Shown: positions 36,263 through 47,599, counted from the stretch's first letter. The stretch is 64,000 nt of DNA from an uncultured Nitrososphaeraceae archaeon (GCA_963729045.1 CAVSMN010000020.1:32001-96000), one strand, 5' to 3'. Made by a program: numbers and translations. The notes: generated by a model from the letters alone, not told the origin.

Positions 36263-36343
36263 TTATGGAACACACTTATATCCTGAATGTAAGATCAAGA
36301 TAGTCATTCAAAGACATTTATAAAAAAAATAAGATTAAGATTG

Positions 36344-37402
36344 CTAATTAGGCTTGAATACGACTATACGTGAGTTACCTGTATCAGCAATATACACCGT
36401 CCCAGAGTCTTTATCAACACCTACGCCTTCGGGATCAAGTAATTTCCCCTCATCCTCATTGGGTCCACCAAATTGTGTAATGTATTGGCCATCACTTGTA
36501 AACACTTGAACTCTGTTATTATTCTTGTCAGTAACGTAAATATTATCGTTACTATCTATAGATAATCCAGAAGGCCCTTGAAATTCACCATTGGCTACAC
36601 CTTTTGTGCCCCATTGAGAAAGGTAGGTACCATCGTTACTAAACTTCTGTATCCTGTTGTTGCCATAATCAGCTATATACACATTCCCATTGGAATCTAC
36701 TATAGAACTTTCAGGATTTGAAAGCTGGCCATCACCCTCACCTTCAGAACCCCATCTATTTAGAAATTCACCATTTGTTGAAAATACTTGGACACTTGGG
36801 TGGTCCCTGTCTGTTACAAACAGCTGACCTTGTGCATCATTTGCTGGAACATGTGGATGTAAGAATTGGCCATCACCCTCACCTTCAGAGCCCCATTTTG
36901 TTAGAAAGGTACCATTATTATCAAATTTTTGTACCCTAAAATTGAATTGGTCTGCCACATAAATATTACCTTCGGAATCCATTGACAATGCAGATGCTTT
37001 ATGAAATTGGCCATCACCCTCACCGCCTTCTCCAAATTTAGCTAAGAAATTGCCTTCAGGATCAAATATTTGGATTCTATGGTTTGCATAATCTGGAACA
37101 AATACCCTTCCATCAAAATAGTCAACATCATTCTGACCACTAAATTGGCCATCACCCTCACCTTCAGAGCCCCAATTAGTATAATAAGTAAAGGATAGAT
37201 TCTGAGGTTGAGATATAGATTGTCCAAAAGCCATCGGAGAATAGAAATCCAATGTAGTCATCATTGTAATACCAAATAAGGCTAATGCCATGGGCATGAA
37301 ACATCCCGATACCCATTTACCTTCATTGACATTAAACAAATTCAACATTTGTTCATTTCCATAACTTTTCATACCAGTTATATTCTTTTTATCAGACGAC
37401 AT
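36344..37402 (-). CDS. NHL-repeat six-bladed beta-propeller protein
   Basis: Repeated WGSEGEGDGQF...D..GNIYVAD..N.R.QKF units. Confidence 0.92.
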   Translation of the reverse strand: MSSDKKNITGMKSYGNEQMLNLFNVNEGKWVSGCFMPMALALFGITMMTTLDFYSPMAFGQSISQPQNLSFTYYTNWGSEGEGDGQFSGQNDVDYFDGRVFVPDYANHRIQIFDPEGNFLAKFGEGGEGDGQFHKASALSMDSEGNIYVADQFNFRVQKFDNNGTFLTKWGSEGEGDGQFLHPHVPANDAQGQLFVTDRDHPSVQVFSTNGEFLNRWGSEGEGDGQLSNPESSIVDSNGNVYIADYGNNRIQKFSNDGTYLSQWGTKGVANGEFQGPSGLSIDSNDNIYVTDKNNNRVQVFTSDGQYITQFGGPNEDEGKLLDPEGVGVDKDSGTVYIADTGNSRIVVFKPN

Positions 37403-37684
37403 ATTTTTACGCTGAATGAATGTTACTATTGGTACTATAAGTATTTTTCCTTGATTCTCATTGTTACTATTGTGAAGTATATATTCAATATATTTAACAT
37501 AAGTAATAATTTATCATGTATTTTAGAAATCAAAACTTAATGGACTATGAGGTTGATCACATGTAATCGATCCTTGAGCCATCGCGATGATATCAATGCA
37601 AATAAATTGTAAATAGTATTACAGATACAAAAATCAAATAATTCATTACTTTTTATGATAGTAGAACTGTTTTCATGATCTGAA

Positions 37685-37870
37685 TTAAGATTCATAATTA
37701 TCAACACTCTCGCTAGACAAGGACAAAATCTTGTAGGATATATTTGAGTATAAATCATTTTCACTACTTTCTGCGAAATTGTTTCCTTTAGTTAGATAAA
37801 TAGTAATAAAAAAGCCAAGAGAAATAACAAAACCAAGTAGTGCAAGTAGTAACAGATCATTACCCTTCAT
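37685..37870 (-). CDS. Small single-TM protein (possibly continues into 37537-37764 by frameshift)
   Basis: MKGNDLLLLALLGFVISLGFFITIYL. Confidence 0.4.
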   Translation of the reverse strand: MKGNDLLLLALLGFVISLGFFITIYLTKGNNFAESSENDLYSNISYKILSLSSESVDNYES

Positions 37871-38607
37871 GGAACCAACCCTTTATGTGGTCAATATATC
37901 CTTTACTAAATTTGATATTTACATTCTCTAAACATTTCAAAAACTATTAGACTGGTTTGTTAAAAGTATTAAAAATTTTTAATAATCGAGTAGAAAAGAC
38001 TCAACCATGGCAAATGATCATTACCCAATTCTATCCAGAAATCATTTTATGCAAATAACAATAATAGTTATGGTTATGTTTTTATTTTAATCTGTGATGG
38101 TAGCAGAATGATAAGGGGCTCCACATTTAGGACACATTGCGTGATCACAAAGACATTCTTTGCAGTAATCATTACTTGCCTCAAATTCAGTTTTATCTCC
38201 TTTATAATAACATATCTCGCATACTAATTCCACCATTATTATAAAGTTAAGTTGTCGCAACTTAATAATTTATTCATGATTTACATAGAAGGAAGGTCAT
38301 TGACAATTAACTTTTCTTGATATAATACCTCCTATGGTCATTATTGACTATAAGAAAAGATAATTGAAATTGTATATTCTCAGCGGGATATAGGTTGTTG
38401 ACAGATTAATGATCTTGTATTTTTATTTGCTAATTAATTGTATTTTCTATTACTCTATTATCTTAATGTCTTGATTTATTGCATTATTAATTAGATCACC
38501 GAAAAAACACTTCAACTAAACAATAAAAGAAAGGAATAGATCTCATAAATCAGTGGATTAGGAACCGGTGTTTCTTATGTCACATATTTTTGCTAAAGTG
38601 TTGCTTG

Positions 38608-39168
38608 TCAGTGTAGTTTCTTGACTAAAAATAAAATAGCTCCTATTGGTATGAAAAGAACAAAAAGTAGTAACAAATAAGGAGTATCTTCCGTATATAA
38701 GTGGCTCGAAACTAAAAGTATTCCGTAGATATTAATCACTATTGAAGGGGCAACTAGTGCTACTATTAATAATTCATAATACTTTGTAATCACAGATGAT
38801 TTACTCGTTGGAGATCCTTGATCTGATACCGCTATTGTTTTAGCTGCACTCTGAATTCTTAATCCCAAAATAAAAGACGATGTTCCTATCAGGAAAGAAA
38901 CTGCAGTAAGAATATTACCAGTAAGTCCAGGAACAATAGCTAGCGGCGCGCCTGTCCTTGTTTGTGATTGTGATTGTATTTGTTGTTGTGCTTTTACAAT
39001 ATATTCATCGTCAAACGATAGTAAAGAGAGGAATATAAGTAGAAATGTAAATGTCAACAAAGAAAAAAACATTAAGTTCATTAAATGACTAGCCAACAAC
39101 ATTATCGACATACTCACAAATTTATTCATTCTGAAAGTTCGGTAGAAAATGAATGTAGAATTATCCAT
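38608..39168 (-). CDS. Membrane hypothetical protein
   Basis: Several hydrophobic segments; start uncertain. Confidence 0.7.
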   Translation of the reverse strand: MDNSTFIFYRTFRMNKFVSMSIMLLASHLMNLMFFSLLTFTFLLIFLSLLSFDDEYIVKAQQQIQSQSQTRTGAPLAIVPGLTGNILTAVSFLIGTSSFILGLRIQSAAKTIAVSDQGSPTSKSSVITKYYELLIVALVAPSIVINIYGILLVSSHLYTEDTPYLLLLFVLFIPIGAILFLVKKLH

Positions 39169-39547
39169 AATTATTCAAAATGTGTGATTATATTGCTAAT
39201 TCAGCAAATTGATGGAATAATAGGTTTTTAGAATGTTTATAACTTTAACATCCTAACTATGACCCCTCAGGAATTATTATTTATCTAACTTCTTTTCTAA
39301 TTTGAATTGCAAAAAAAATTAATTTATGCCAAAAGTTTTATCTAATATTTTGTCTGTTACCGGTATCTACCATAAATCACTTTTTCACCTTAATTGAAAA
39401 ATAACAAATCAGTATCATCCAATAAGGTCTGTGGCAGGATCAATGTCAAAAATTATTTACCGAAGGAAAAAGTGTAATCTATGTTAGATCAGAAAAAACA
39501 TCATTATTTCATATTGGTGAAATTTAAATACCAATGCTTCTAGAGGA

Positions 39548-40093
39548 ATGATAATGAAAACCATTTATAAAATGATTCCAGCAATTTTTTTGCTGGCAGT
39601 TTCTGTTTCTATGATTGCAACATTTAATTTGAATCAGGTTCTTGCTCAAAATCCTTCTAATCTTGACCCTACTGTCTTGAAGGGAGCCATCTCGGGCCAC
39701 TCAAATAACGGCAACACAACAGAACCAGCATGGATAATGAGCGGAGTGTATAAATTTGCTGATGTTAATGCATCTAATCCTACATTAAACGCTACTTTCT
39801 ATATGATCAGGCTTGACGGTACAGCAGAGCATACTCATTCAATATACGATTTGAAGTTATCTGGAGATCCAGTTATTGACAGCGATTCCAACTCTACGAC
39901 ATATAATGGAACTACTACAGTCACATTAAAGGATGGACCAGTTTCTAATGTACCAACACAAATAAGTTTACTAGATGATAGTGCGATAGTCATTACTGTT
40001 GATAGTAATTTAACCAATAAGCACTTTGGAAGTACTCCGATTTATGGAACTCAGCATCTCATCTGTGTAGAAGTTCCAGACCTGTGTAAATAA
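39548..40093 (+). CDS. Secreted HxH-motif beta protein, paralog 1
   Basis: Signal; WIMSG, MIRLDGTAEHTHSI, NGTTTV, HFGSTPIYG. Confidence 0.8.
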   Translation: MIMKTIYKMIPAIFLLAVSVSMIATFNLNQVLAQNPSNLDPTVLKGAISGHSNNGNTTEPAWIMSGVYKFADVNASNPTLNATFYMIRLDGTAEHTHSIYDLKLSGDPVIDSDSNSTTYNGTTTVTLKDGPVSNVPTQISLLDDSAIVITVDSNLTNKHFGSTPIYGTQHLICVEVPDLCK

Positions 40094-40552
40094 ACCTATA
40101 AGGTTTATTACTTTTTTGTGCTAATCGATTAACAATTTCAGTTCAGCATTTTCTCTTTATTTTCAACCTACGATAATAGCCTGATCAGTGGGGCATTTGA
40201 CCGAACATCTTTAGTCTATATAACAGGAGTAGGTGATAACCTAGTGATGCATGGTTTACAGGACAATGACTATAATCATAATTTTTAAGCATAATATCAT
40301 TCAAATACCAGTAAAGGATCAGAACCGCTCAATTTAGAAAACAAACCGTCCCTCGACGACAGTATGTCAGTAATGTCCTAATTAATCCTTTTAATAGTGA
40401 AAATATCTTAACACAGGACTATGCTAGATATGGCAGTAAGATGCTTCTAATTTATCAAGATTTTGTCAAATTGAACTATTTTTTACATTTTATGAAAATA
40501 AATGTACAAATAATATTACATTATTAAATCATTATTAAGTTGTAGTTAACCG

Positions 40553-42340
40553 TTATTGAATTATCAAATCGACTATTTTTGATATTGCTATGTCACCTCC
40601 ATATCTTGCAGTAATTGTTAAGGTATAATTTCCCGGTGTAACGTCTCCTTCAGTGGGTTTAACTTCCAAAGAGATTTTGTACAGTGTAGAGGGTCCTATT
40701 TGAGGACTATTTGATGATACTGATCCTAAATCTTCAATAGGTACACTATCTTGACTAAAATTACTTGTAAGATTACCAAGCTTTCCATCTTTAGATATAG
40801 AAGAGGTTATCGACAAAGTAATATTTACAGGTTCAATTAACCCTTTATCACTACTGCTTCCATTAGCATTACCAGTTGTAGGATCCATGATCTTGGAGGT
40901 GTTAAGGATATTTTTGTTTATGAATATATCAATTGCATCACCAGTCTTGTTTTTACCATCAATGGTCATTTTGTCTTTGGAAACTGATAGTGTAATTGGA
41001 ATTTGATCTAATTTTTCTTTAGGAATGACACCGAGCTTGTTCTCGGTCCATTCTGTAAACCAAACAGAACCGTTATGGTCAAGAATAAATCTTAATGGAT
41101 TTGAAGAATTAACCCATAATGGATTTTTGGATGGAATATAATATTCAACAAGAGTCCTATCTTGGGGATTGTATGAAGCTATGGCATTTCCATAATGTTC
41201 ATTAAACCATACTTTTCCATCTCTATAGGTATTAACATACGGCAATGTGGTCAAATTGCCTGATTTGGATGGGTTTGATGTAGCATATTGCATGACTGCC
41301 CCTGTTTTGGGATCTAAAGATAGGAAAAGATTTGCTACATGGCTATTAAACCAAAGAAGTCCATTTTCATCTTCAGCAATACTGAATGGAACACTATGAG
41401 TATGATTTACATCATGAATAGTTAGTGCTCCATTTGGTATATCATATTTAATTAACTGTCCTCCTACAGGAAAAATAGAAGTCGAAAACCATAGTGTTTC
41501 ATTGACATTGCTGTTACTATTATTTTCCATTTCATTAGGATGAGGGAATCCAATTCCATTGGATATAGGACCCATCGTTTGAAAGTTGATCTGTTTAGAC
41601 ATATCCAGTTCTGAAATGCCCTCTGTTGTATTGTTAATAACCTTTGAGGGCTCCAGAAATCCAAGTCTTTGGCCAAAGACCTGTGTAAACCATACGTTAT
41701 TGTCAGAATCAAATGCTATTGATAAAGGATATCCCCCTTCTTGAAGTAACCTATAGTTTTCAAACTTTCCTTCTTTAACAAAATATTTCCATATGGAATT
41801 GCTTAATTCGTCGGTAAACCACAAGTCACCGTTTCGATCAAACTTCATTTCCCAAATCATAGAACCTAAGTTTCTTTCCTGCTTTGGCCAATTAGGTATC
41901 TTTATTATTTTGTCAAACTTTTGGGTTTGAGTATTAAAAATGAGGAGATTTCCTGATTTTCCAGATGCTATCCAGATATTGTTATCCTTATCTACGGCCA
42001 ATCCAACGGGTTGGCTACAAAGAATCGGAGTAATAAACTCGTTAAAGTAAAAGTTAGAGTTTTGAACATTATCTCCACATAGCAATGGCTTGTCTTTTTC
42101 TGTCAGTGTTTTTATAACATCGGTATTAACATTAGTAGAGTTAGAATAAGGGTTATTATTGATTGCTGATTGATTGATATTTGTTAAAGGATTTGAATTA
42201 GAAGAATTTGAGGTTGCATATGCATTTACGAATTCAAATAACTTGGGATTCTCATTATTTACAAGGAAATGACTTATTCCGATGATCATTATAATGCTAA
42301 AGAGAAAAACCCCAAGAATCTTACGTAGGCAACAATACAT
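40553..42340 (-). CDS. Secreted Vgb (virginiamycin B lyase)-like beta-propeller protein
   Basis: Repeated D..G..WF(T/N)E blades; WFNEHYGNAIA; C-terminal Ig-like PGNYTLTI. Confidence 0.85.
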   Translation of the reverse strand: MYCCLRKILGVFLFSIIMIIGISHFLVNNENPKLFEFVNAYATSNSSNSNPLTNINQSAINNNPYSNSTNVNTDVIKTLTEKDKPLLCGDNVQNSNFYFNEFITPILCSQPVGLAVDKDNNIWIASGKSGNLLIFNTQTQKFDKIIKIPNWPKQERNLGSMIWEMKFDRNGDLWFTDELSNSIWKYFVKEGKFENYRLLQEGGYPLSIAFDSDNNVWFTQVFGQRLGFLEPSKVINNTTEGISELDMSKQINFQTMGPISNGIGFPHPNEMENNSNSNVNETLWFSTSIFPVGGQLIKYDIPNGALTIHDVNHTHSVPFSIAEDENGLLWFNSHVANLFLSLDPKTGAVMQYATSNPSKSGNLTTLPYVNTYRDGKVWFNEHYGNAIASYNPQDRTLVEYYIPSKNPLWVNSSNPLRFILDHNGSVWFTEWTENKLGVIPKEKLDQIPITLSVSKDKMTIDGKNKTGDAIDIFINKNILNTSKIMDPTTGNANGSSSDKGLIEPVNITLSITSSISKDGKLGNLTSNFSQDSVPIEDLGSVSSNSPQIGPSTLYKISLEVKPTEGDVTPGNYTLTITARYGGDIAISKIVDLIIQ

Positions 42341-42618
42341 TATGATATAGTAAGATGTTATATAGAGTTAATATCTGTTATTGTACAACTACAGTATTAC
42401 GAAATTACGTTTAACATAGTCATACGGATAAAAATTATAATATGTTTTAAATACAAAAATATTATCAACTTTATCTAGTTTCAATCATTTCCAGGAGATA
42501 TAGTTAGACGTAATAACAGAATTCAGGTCTTGAAGCAATCTGGGCCGTTTGCTATAATCGCTCTTTATGGTCTAGATTATTAATAAGATGTAAACATGAC
42601 AGCATTGGATTAGATGAT

Positions 42619-44112
42619 CTATCCACTCTTTGCTCTTTGAGTAGTAGAAAGGGACGCTACTTCATAAATTTGCTTTTGATTCTTCCTAAAATTTATTATG
42701 CCAAAGATTGATATAATTATTGACAAAAATATTACAACGTATAGAAGAGTCAAATTTGATGCAAATATATCATTTGAACTATGGACATTCAGGGTACTTT
42801 GATTCAAATTTTGGTCCATCGATTCTAAAGAGGGTGGAGAAGTTACTGTTAAAAATGACGCAGCGACAAGGACCAGTATCCCTAACACGGATTCTATTTT
42901 TAAGGATTTATTAATTTTTCTCAAGAATACCCCACTGTTTGACTTTAATTCCGAATCTTGATAGGCTGCTGAATTGCGTTTAATATTGGCGTTACTAGTT
43001 GAAATTAGTTTTGCATAATCGTATATCTTGACTTGGTTATAACGACCGATAAATATCATTGGAAAAGCCAATGAAAGTTTTATTACAAGTATTAGACCGT
43101 AAACGGAAGTAAACAAGGATGACAAATTTTGCAAGTGTACGAAGGCCAAGTACAATCCGGTTATACCTATTACACTGATAGCAGTAACAGCGATAAAAGA
43201 GAAATACATCAAACCTTGAGTCATTTGTTCTAAAACTCTCTTTTCTGAGCTAGGCGGTACAACATTTGAATCAATATTATTGTTGCCATCCGCAGGTTTA
43301 GAATGCCTCTTTACAAATAAGACTGTAAGGTAGAATAATCCACCTATCCAAATAGATACAGACATGAAATGAATCCAATCTACCGAAACTGCTAAAGATG
43401 AAAATGAATCTAATGAGTTACTATGACTTATCATACTATTAGAATAAAGATTGAACGAACCCAATACAAGAATGGAAAACAAAAGTATCCGATCCAATTT
43501 ACCGTAGCTAGGGGCAATTTGGTTCGGGTCTAGATCTTTCCCTTGATTCAATCTATTTTTCTTGTTGATCTTTTTCCTTATCTTGATGTGATATGATATT
43601 AAGATGGCAATTATTATAAAAGAAGTAACAATCCTCAACATCCACACATCTCCAACAGGAGTTGAATAAATAATCCAAAACGCTGATGACAAATCAAGTT
43701 CCAAATTTTGTGCTAATTCATAAGACGAAAGTAGCATTATTCCTGTAGAAAATACGATAATTGATATGCAGCAAATCAGAAGAAAGACCACCAACTTGCC
43801 CGACGTATGATAGAAAGAAGTAGAAACGAATTGAACTACACTATTTTCTTGAGCTTTCTTATTATTACGAAGAGTTCTTTGTAAAATGAGATGATTAAAT
43901 ATTAATCCAATAAGTGCAACCTGTGAAATAATTAGCATAGCCTTTAACACTGCGTCATAGGTAGAAGTTACCGATTCGGTTGATGCATCAGAAGTAAAAG
44001 TGTCATCCAATACCTCTTGTGCTAGAGCAACGGGTGATACAAATGATAATGTATATAGTACGGAAATAATTAGAAAAAAAGAAACAAAAGATTTCATTGA
44101 AATCACAATCAA
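42619..44112 (-). CDS. copD: CopD-family copper transport membrane protein
   Basis: MISHS, DWIHFMSVSIWIGGL, GITGLY, YGLILVIKL, IESVLGILVL..A..LT..PP. Confidence 0.85.
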   Translation of the reverse strand: MIVISMKSFVSFFLIISVLYTLSFVSPVALAQEVLDDTFTSDASTESVTSTYDAVLKAMLIISQVALIGLIFNHLILQRTLRNNKKAQENSVVQFVSTSFYHTSGKLVVFLLICCISIIVFSTGIMLLSSYELAQNLELDLSSAFWIIYSTPVGDVWMLRIVTSFIIIAILISYHIKIRKKINKKNRLNQGKDLDPNQIAPSYGKLDRILLFSILVLGSFNLYSNSMISHSNSLDSFSSLAVSVDWIHFMSVSIWIGGLFYLTVLFVKRHSKPADGNNNIDSNVVPPSSEKRVLEQMTQGLMYFSFIAVTAISVIGITGLYLAFVHLQNLSSLFTSVYGLILVIKLSLAFPMIFIGRYNQVKIYDYAKLISTSNANIKRNSAAYQDSELKSNSGVFLRKINKSLKIESVLGILVLVAASFLTVTSPPSLESMDQNLNQSTLNVHSSNDIFASNLTLLYVVIFLSIIISIFGIINFRKNQKQIYEVASLSTTQRAKSG

Positions 44113-44474
44113 ATCCCTCTAAATTCATGTATGAGAAAAAATAATGTAGGTTCCAATTCTGAAGCAAGAGTATTTTTCTCAGCCAAAGTGTCTACCTTTA
44201 ATGAATTTTCAAGTCCTGTAACTGGTTGTGTGGTATCTGCTTCTGTACTTATCAGATCTATCATATTTGGTAAGACAACTGTTAATTCTACGTTAGTCCT
44301 ATCATCAACAGCCACCTGTTCGTTGGCCCACTTCACATTCATCAGATGATTTTTTCCATCAAAAGAATACAAAGGTATCTGTCGTCCAAATAAGAATTGT
44401 GAATTAGGTAAATTGAACAAAAGTGTTAAAATCCCAAAACAAAGGACCATATTCCTTAGAATTTGATGGATCAA
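44109..44474 (-). pseudogene. Truncated duplicate of the 22977-23600 gene
   Basis: LRNMVLCFGI, WANEQVAVDDRTNVELTVV, QPVTGLENSLKVD; homology stops at ELEP; upstream sequence also duplicated. Confidence 0.8.
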
Positions 44475-45701
44475 CGTTATGTCTAATGTGTACAAAAAAG
44501 TATATAACCAATCTAGTTCAATCATCGAAGTCGATTTTTGACGATAAAAGGAAATTAAATCAAAATTTTTTTAGAAACAGAACAGGCAATTTGTTTGCAT
44601 TAGCAGCAATAGGCACAGATTTATTTTTATGTCTAAAAGTAATTTGCGGACTGTTGATCGACAAAATATGACTAATACGCCTAAGAATATGATGTATCAG
44701 CGGGTCAATTTATTGATTTGGGAGTTCTTGATGCAGGCGAATATGGTAGTTATCGAATCAATTGATTCCTAATTTATCTTGATCCGATTTGTAATACATT
44801 CGTTGAATGTACAAGAAGTCATATTAATTATGAATTTGAATAAAGATATGACCTTGACCTAGTCATAGAAACAAACAACAAAGCAAAGATACAAATGTCT
44901 CTTCGTGGTAGTAAATAATGGCAATAAATCTACGCAATCTTTGTCATTATTTACTATCTTGCTGCAATTAATCGAAAATGATCCTATAATAAACATTTTC
45001 CAAATAGATAAAAATGAAGGCGTTTCATCAGTAACGTCTATACACCAAGGAATATATAAATAGATACTGTTAGAGAAGAACTTTACAATCAATTTTAGAA
45101 AAATAAACCATTGTATAGAATGGAGGATGGCAATCGATCACAGGTATTTCCTAATATTCAATGGCTGTTATTCAACTTTCTTTTTCAAGTAACTTGTTAT
45201 CATTATGTTTGTCAACTGAAGTGTGGCAAAATATGATGATCCAATTATTATAAATCTCCCGATTTCATTTAATTGCAATTACTATTTTATAGTAAATATT
45301 TTAATTGAGTATCTGTTGGTTAATATTTATGAAACAAATTATGAATATGATGACAAATCCACTGTAAGATCACCAGTAGCAATTTATTGAAAATTAAATG
45401 TAGGAACAAAAGATTTCTGATTAAAAATATCCTGGAATTCTTGTCTATTTAATATCTGTAAATTCGTCTATTTATGGATGGCTTATATTGAAAGGAATAT
45501 GCCCGACATTAATTCATGTCAATTATCATAATATTATGTCCCCCGAATGTCGAAATTATTTCGTCCTATTATATGAAAATAATCTATATGTTAGAACAAC
45601 ATACTTTAACAATATAAGAATTCAAACTAGGGGATTGATGCAGTTGAAGTTCCCGGTAATGTAAAAATTGGGCCTAGTGTATAACATTTCTCGTTTGTTC
45701 T

Positions 45702-45878
45702 TTATAGACGTACTCCAGAAGAATACCAATTTCCATGCGAAGCTTCTGTAAAAAGTACTATAACTTCTTCTTTGCCAACCTTCAATATTTTAACTAAATC
45801 TTCAGTAATTGCTTCTGCTAATCTATCCTTTTCTCTCTGAGTTCTCCCACTATACATTTGTATATTAACTATGGGCAT
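45702..45878 (-). CDS. 4-oxalocrotonate tautomerase family protein (58 aa, below the ORF-track cutoff)
   Basis: MPIVNIQMYSGRTQREKDRLAEAITEDLVKILKVGKEEVIVLFTEASHGNWYSSGVRL*; Pro1, GRT, NW motifs. Confidence 0.9.
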   Translation of the reverse strand: MPIVNIQMYSGRTQREKDRLAEAITEDLVKILKVGKEEVIVLFTEASHGNWYSSGVRL

Positions 45879-46224
45879 GATAATTAATCATCATCGATAC
45901 TAATAAGATTTCAGCTGAGGCAGAGTCTAGCGCTACACCCTCATGTAATAAAATACTTGAACAAAAAAGAGAAAATGGTCTTTAATCAACAATGTATTAA
46001 GTCAGCCCAGGTAATTCAAATTATAATCAATCCAAACTACAAGGACAGTTCACAGACCAGAATAGCAACGTTGTTTCCTGATGTCCTTTTTTCATTTAAA
46101 ATGCAGAAAACCTGACAGAATATTAAAATTTTTTACTTCAAATGAACCAATACTATACTTTTTTGGTAATCCAAAGATTCAATATCGTATATATTGTCTA
46201 TCAATAAATTGCTACTAAAACAAA

Positions 46225-46250
46225 TGGCGGGCCCGGTGGGCTTCGAATCC
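46225..46250 (-). repeat. tRNA 3'-end fragment (T-loop, acceptor strand, CCA), att-like; best-preserved copy
   Basis: Reverse complement GGATTCGAAGCCCACCGGGCCCGCCA; no tRNA 5' half adjacent. Confidence 0.8.
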
Positions 46251-46623
46251 AGGAGGTAGTTGAGAACTGATGTTTTATTTATTGTTTGGATACCATCAAT
46301 ACAATATTACTAATTCACTTAAAGAATTGTTGTTACAATAGGTCCTGTTCGTTAAGTGTAGACATGTTTCGTGGAGTTAGCCAAACTACTAATGCTTTGA
46401 TTACAATAATAAGATGACAATTTGATTGGGTGATTTCTAACTCACACGAATCTCAGCATTACTTACTATAAAATATATGTTCTAAATTGATTTTCTAACA
46501 CATTTATTTCAATATCTCGACTACCTTCCTAGCTAATGCTTTCCAAATTAAAAAATTTTGGTTGGAAGTCTGCAGATGTTTTGGTAAATGATGCACCTTA
46601 AATTTGTATATGATAATAATATC

Positions 46624-46725
46624 TTGATCTACTAGGTATTGACACCTAATCAAATGTTTGATACTTTGATCTACTAGGTATTGATACCTAATCAAATGTT
46701 TGATACTTTGATCTACTAGGTATTG
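46624..46725. repeat. 42-bp tandem repeat (2 units plus partial)
   Basis: ttgatctactaggtattga(c/t)acctaatcaaatgtttgatact at 46624, 46666 and partial at 46708. Confidence 0.9.
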
Positions 46726-47599
46726 CCTTCGATATTCTATCCCGAGGATACAAAGGCTACCATATTGTCTGGTGCAGATGGATCAACAGGAAATGCTTAT
46801 GAGGACCTCTATATTGCGGAAGAAGAAAACGCTACAATCACGTCAGGATCGAATCAAACAACGAATACAAATAATACTAAAATAAAATAGTAACGATAAA
46901 ATCTATTCTCTATTACTCAATGTAATTTATTATTTTTGAGAATCAGCCATAGAACATCATAACCACTTTTCTATTATCCTCATTATTCATGGTATGAATA
47001 TGGTGTATGGTCGAGGGAGAGTAAATGGTAGTATTATTACCTAATGACAATCTGTTGTAGTTGATCTGGTATAAAATCCCCATTATTGAGCAGCCCGTGG
47101 GGACTAACGACAAATTTGAATGGACTTGAATTCTTATCGAATAAACTGATAAAATAGAATAAAAGTTAAAAGGAAATAGACCACGTTAACAAGAATCACC
47201 ATCGAGTCATAGTTGAACTATTTTTAGAACTGACATGGTGTAGACTTAGAGGTTTCGAATGTATATGATATTTAAGCTTTAAAATTTTCACAAAAATTTA
47301 CTCTAAAAAAGGAAGATAATTTGGAAATTTTGCTACAAGAATTTTTTAGAAAAGTTGCATAGACTTTTATCTTGATAATAAAAATATTGTTTATGGATAC
47401 CAAGTTTTAATTGAACTATTTTAGGGTTGAAATACACCAATCACTTTGATGTAAGGTTGATAAAATAAGAAAAGGATTATCAATTATTTGGAAACAGATA
47501 CTCCCTCAGCAAGATTGATAAAAAGTTCTTTAGGAATATGTCCTTTTTGATTTGTGACTTGTTCGCGACAACTTTTTCTGTCGTATCCTTATTGAAAAT

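Noticed and set aside
36720..37175. Regularly spaced tggccatcaccctcacc DNA repeats as CRISPR or ncRNA
   Set aside because: They encode the GEGDGQ motif of NHL blades within a CDS
40553..42340. Streptogramin resistance gene
   Set aside because: Large secreted propeller with only fold-level Vgb similarity; no support for resistance function
34628..42412. Shared acagtattacga and aaattacgttt motifs upstream of the cupredoxin and Vgb-like genes as a copper-regulator box
   Set aside because: Only two short AT-rich instances with inconsistent spacing; not distinguishable from chance by eye
46180..46300. Complete tRNA gene
   Set aside because: Only the T-loop, acceptor 3' strand and CCA are present; no D-arm, anticodon arm or matching 5' acceptor strand
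46624..46725. CRISPR array
   Set aside because: Units are contiguous and near-identical with no unique spacers; no cas genes in the window
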